DNA of 63,128 bases, filler included, from Octopus bimaculoides (Eukaryota), in assembly GCF_001194135.2 (NCBI RefSeq). It is 3 parts of 3 records of this genome, joined end to end, with 100 filler letters (N's around TTAATTAATTAA, not from the genome) between each part and the next. Parts side by side here need not be neighbours in the genome. Positions count along the whole stretch, not along the records: positions 44,331 to 63,128 come from NC_068989.1; 2 more parts are not named here. One strand, written 5' to 3'. Positions 59,615-63,128 of this stretch are shown piece after piece. Numbering within the stretch: the first letter of the stretch is position 1; each line of letters starts with the position of its first letter. The notes under the pieces were generated by a model. That model searched no databases, was not told the origin of the DNA, and was given only the letters and a program-made list of their open reading frames with translations. The position numbers and the translations under genes are program-made.

Positions 59615-61689
59615 TTTTCTGACAGTTACATCTGTGTCCCTGTGTGTCTGTGTACTTATATGCGTATAGGGATAGGGCGGAGGTGAATATTTGAAAGTAC
59701 TTTTGCTGAAATTCAGGTCACGTGTGATACAATTATTTGCGACAGTGCTTTATAAAATACTTTCATTATTCTACTGCTCTGTTTACAGAATGAAATTTCA
59801 GTAAGATTTACTGTTTTACTCAGAACCACTGCTTATAACCAAATATACCAGTGCTGCTCACAGCGGGCGGTACCGGTCCCTGAAGGCGATGGAAATTTTT
59901 ATATAGGTGCTGAAAATATAGAAGGAAGTAGTAGGAGATAAATGTATCAGTTGTTTTCTTAGTTTTTGCTTCCTATTTAAATATCAACTTTAAAAATGTT
60001 ATATTATGATAAACTGCTTGACAATAACATCTTCAGTGATAATAATTATCGTTGAAATGTGAATAAGTAAATAAGCATAACTGAATGTATTCCACTTTTG
60101 CATGTAAATAATAAACAATAAACTAATATACAATTTGTTTTTGGAGCAATGAAACTCGAAGTAGATAAAGCTATAAATAATAACGTGTAAATATTGGGTT
60201 AAAAACCCTTCGCATAGAAAATGTTGAGGACTTTTTTAAACAAAGCTTTATCTACTTCGAATTTCATAGTTCCAAAAAGAATTTTTCCATGTCTCGAGAA
60301 GTTTCAAAATTCTTATGACATGCACTAAAATATAAATGTAATAAACACGGCCATTGCACTTGTAGCATTTGGTAACGTTCTGATTTGTGCATACACATAT
60401 ATGCATACGTATATATAGGGTATGTGAAAGCGCATGATTCAGTGATTAGAACGTCAGGCTTACAATCGTGTGGTTGTGAGTTCGATTCCGGGACTGGGTT
60501 GTAGGTTCTTGAGCAAGACACTTTATCTTACTTGCTCCAATTCACTCAGCTGTAGAAATGAGTTGTGACGTCACTGGTGCTAAGCCGTATTGGCTTTTGC
60601 CTTTCTTTTGGTCAACATCAGTGGTGTGAAGAGGGGAGGCTGGTATGCATCGGTGACCGCTGGTTTTCCACAAACAACCTTGCCTGGACTTGTTCCTCGG
60701 AAGGGATGCAATCATGTTGTCATTCGTGATCGAAGGGGGTTTTAACCCTATATGTGGTATATTTGATCTTGTTGATAAAGTGTTAGTAAAAGAAAAGGAA
60801 AGAGTAACAGTTTTAAAAAATGCCTGAAAAGCATTTGAATACACCAGCAACTATAACTATAAAGAGCTTAAAAGTGAAATAATTGGTTTTCTGTGAAATT
60901 ATAAAATTTCCGTTTTGTTAAGCGAAGTTCGCCCAAAGAGGCGGTCATGTTTGCCAAAAATCAGATAAAAATGATAAAGTGTCCGCTTTACTGTAAGTTT
61001 AATTCAAATTTAACTAAAATTTCCAGTTGTCACCCCTTTCCTTCTACCAGATTTAATTACCATTTATCAGTGAGGTTACGTTTCCTTCTCCTCTTCTAAC
61101 TTCCATTCATTGACTTACATTGAATATGTTAGTACTCAACAACTGAGTTTCTTGCAGATCATGTCCGTAATTATTTCAATTTTTCTCAATCATTATCGAT
61201 AAGATTATCCCATTTCCTTTATCTGATCACCCTTCTCTCTCTCTCCCTTTCTCTTTCTTTCTTTCTTTTTTTCTCACTACGACCTCTCTCTCGTATCATA
61301 GTTGGTGACAATATTTACTTAGTGAAAATTATGAATGCTTACGATCCCAGTCTGACATCATACATATTTGTTTTGATAAGCAAGGCCTCATCGGATGACA
61401 AATATCTAACGCTGTTATGAAATAATTGATGCTAAATTCGCGGGTCAAAGGCGTTCAAGCCGTTATCGGACCCTCTTTGTTTGAGAAATGTTATATTTGG
61501 GTGTACGTTATCCTACGTGTACGTGTCACGTTCTCTGTTTAAGGTGATAGGGCGTGGTTCCAGAAACAGACTGCTATTTCTATCTGGTAGAGCGACAATA
61601 CAGAGGATCTTTATTGCATGGTAAGGTAGTCTTTCCTTACCCTGACAAAAACTAACAAAATATTAAACACACATTTAGATCAGTTCAAA

Positions 61690-62380
61690 TATGTTCCAAA
61701 CATATTTGAACTGATCTAAATGTTTGTCTAATTTACAACACTGTTTTCACGTGCCTACTACATATTTTGTTCTAAGCTAACCGGCTTCACAGTTCATAGT
61801 TTATAATAATTTTCTACAAGGATGCCATGTCTCTCTTGTAGTACACGATGCTGCTGGTAGCCAGACAGCTTAAATGCGTCCCTCGTTTCAATAGAGGGTG
61901 CCATGAAATGACTGTTAGTATTTTGACACTTATTGCTTAAAGCAAGAATTTTCTCCATGGCAAACTGCAGAGAAAATGGCTTTTTTACAGAACAAGTATG
62001 TTCCAGACATATTTGAACTGACCTAAAATTCACAGCACAACTTTCACGTGCCTACTACATATTTTGTTCGAGCCTATGAGTAATCAGTTCATAATTGTAC
62101 TGGTTTTCTATAAAGAAACCATGATTTTCAGAGTCATTTCAGGGTTATCTCTTTTGTGATACACAATATTGATGATAGTCAAACAGCTTGAAATGCATTC
62201 ACCATTCCATCAGAGGGCGCCATGAAATGACTGTTAGTGTTTTGATACCTATTGCTTAAAGCGAGAATTTTCTCTGCGGCAAACTGCAGAGAAAAGGACA
62301 TTTTTTAACGGTCATATATATCGATGAACTAATCTAAATGTTTGTTTAATTCACAACACTATTTTCACAAGTTACTACAT
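61690..62380. repeat. Diverged tandem repeat, ~310-320-bp unit, about 2.3 copies
   Basis: Block CATATTTGAACTGA..TAAA...TTTCACGTGCCTACTACATATTTTGTTC at ~61700, ~62005 and ~62325; block AGAGGG.GCCATGAAATGACTGTTAGT...GCAAACTGCAGAGAAAA at ~61893 and ~62212. Confidence 0.85.
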
Positions 62381-62639
62381 AAAAGATATTAATTATAAGT
62401 AGTTAAATGATTTCCAATCATTATAAAAAATACTAATTTAATTCGGTGTTTAATTTAGTGAATAGTTAATATACTGATGTTAGACAGTATATGTGTGATA
62501 TGTCGTGCTGACTACGTGAATAAAAACTGAAGCAAACTCACTAACATTTAAATGTAATATTTTTTGCCGGACATAATATGTTTGGTGTTGGCCATTTATA
62601 ATGAAAAATAATTGCCGACCGGAAGGAGAGAAGTGCTCT

Positions 62640-63128
62640 GTGAATGTAGAAAGCTATCTGTGGAATGTCATCTGGTGTGTCCGAGTGCCGAATTTTTCGC
62701 TATGTTATCGTGTGAATACATCGGAAATAGTCCTTACTTAAGTATTTCGATGTATTTTTCAGAGTTTATAGTTCCAACACATTTGATCAGCTCAGAACGA
62801 CCATTGCTGGTGACAGCTCCCCATACCGTTACAGAGATACCGTCATGTTTCACAGTTGGTTGGAGTCGTTTCAAATCAAATTCTTGATTGGGAAGCCTCC
62901 AGACCCAAACACGTCAACTGTCTGATAATAATACAAATCTGGATTCATCTGAGAAAATCACTCTATCCCAAAATGAACTGAAGTTTTCTGACATCTCCTT
63001 AGCCCATATCTTTCTTTTCATGATATTAATTGGTTGAAGGAGAGGTTTTCTTCTAGCTGCTCATCCATAATACCCAAGCTTGTGCAGATATGTAACACAC
63101 GTTCTTGGACTAACTTCTAGCTGTTTTG
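62640..63128 (-). mobile_element. Tc1-like transposase fragment, running off the window end
   Basis: Minus-strand translation FWDRVIFSDESRF...[43 protein letters not shown]. Confidence 0.85.

Noticed and set aside
61355-61400. Minus-strand CCGATGAGGCC...AAAACAAATATGTA hammerhead-like string
   Set aside because: Two core substitutions and poor stems I and II; not supportable.
1-63128. CRISPR arrays, rRNA, operons or other prokaryotic systems
   Set aside because: The sequence is spliced eukaryotic DNA; no regularly spaced repeat-spacer array or rRNA was seen.

Overview
AT-rich, microsatellite- and SINE-dense animal genomic DNA. The SINE families and the CAT/AAC tails point to a coleoid cephalopod, probably Octopus; this is an inference. 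Two artificial TTAATTAATTAA linkers (27215-27226, 44275-44286), each inside a 100-nt N gap, split the window into three joined scaffolds: A 1-27170, B 27271-44230, C 44331-63128. Scaffold A carries the last 12 coding exons of a minus-strand Roquin (RC3H1/2) gene: end of HEPN-C, CCCH zinc finger, low-complexity region, the DDFIPF...SKFGPISR motif, coiled coil, and stop at 1289. All splice phases match and give about 770 codons. The N-terminal RING/ROQ exons are not visible and probably lie in the unsized gap. Scaffold B has a CpG-rich promoter-like region with a candidate first exon (~30.5-30.8 kb). The rest is decayed transposons: Tc1/mariner DD41D, DD37D, DD34D and Tc1 types, CR1 and RTE LINE fragments, a Helitron, piggyBac-, hAT- and Tc1-type MITEs, and many SINEs. 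The most interesting unexplained signals are: (1) five type I hammerhead-ribozyme motifs with long stem II and short, mostly palindromic stem III (41.1, 47.1, 47.3, 53.0, 55.6 kb), two of them forming the arms of a ~480-bp palindrome; (2) hairpins in the putative Roquin 3'UTR, one with a miR-92-type seed; (3) a candidate mutually exclusive or poison Roquin exon; (4) an intronic hairpin capped by a Roquin CDE motif. All folds and alignments were done by eye, and repeat boundaries are approximate.
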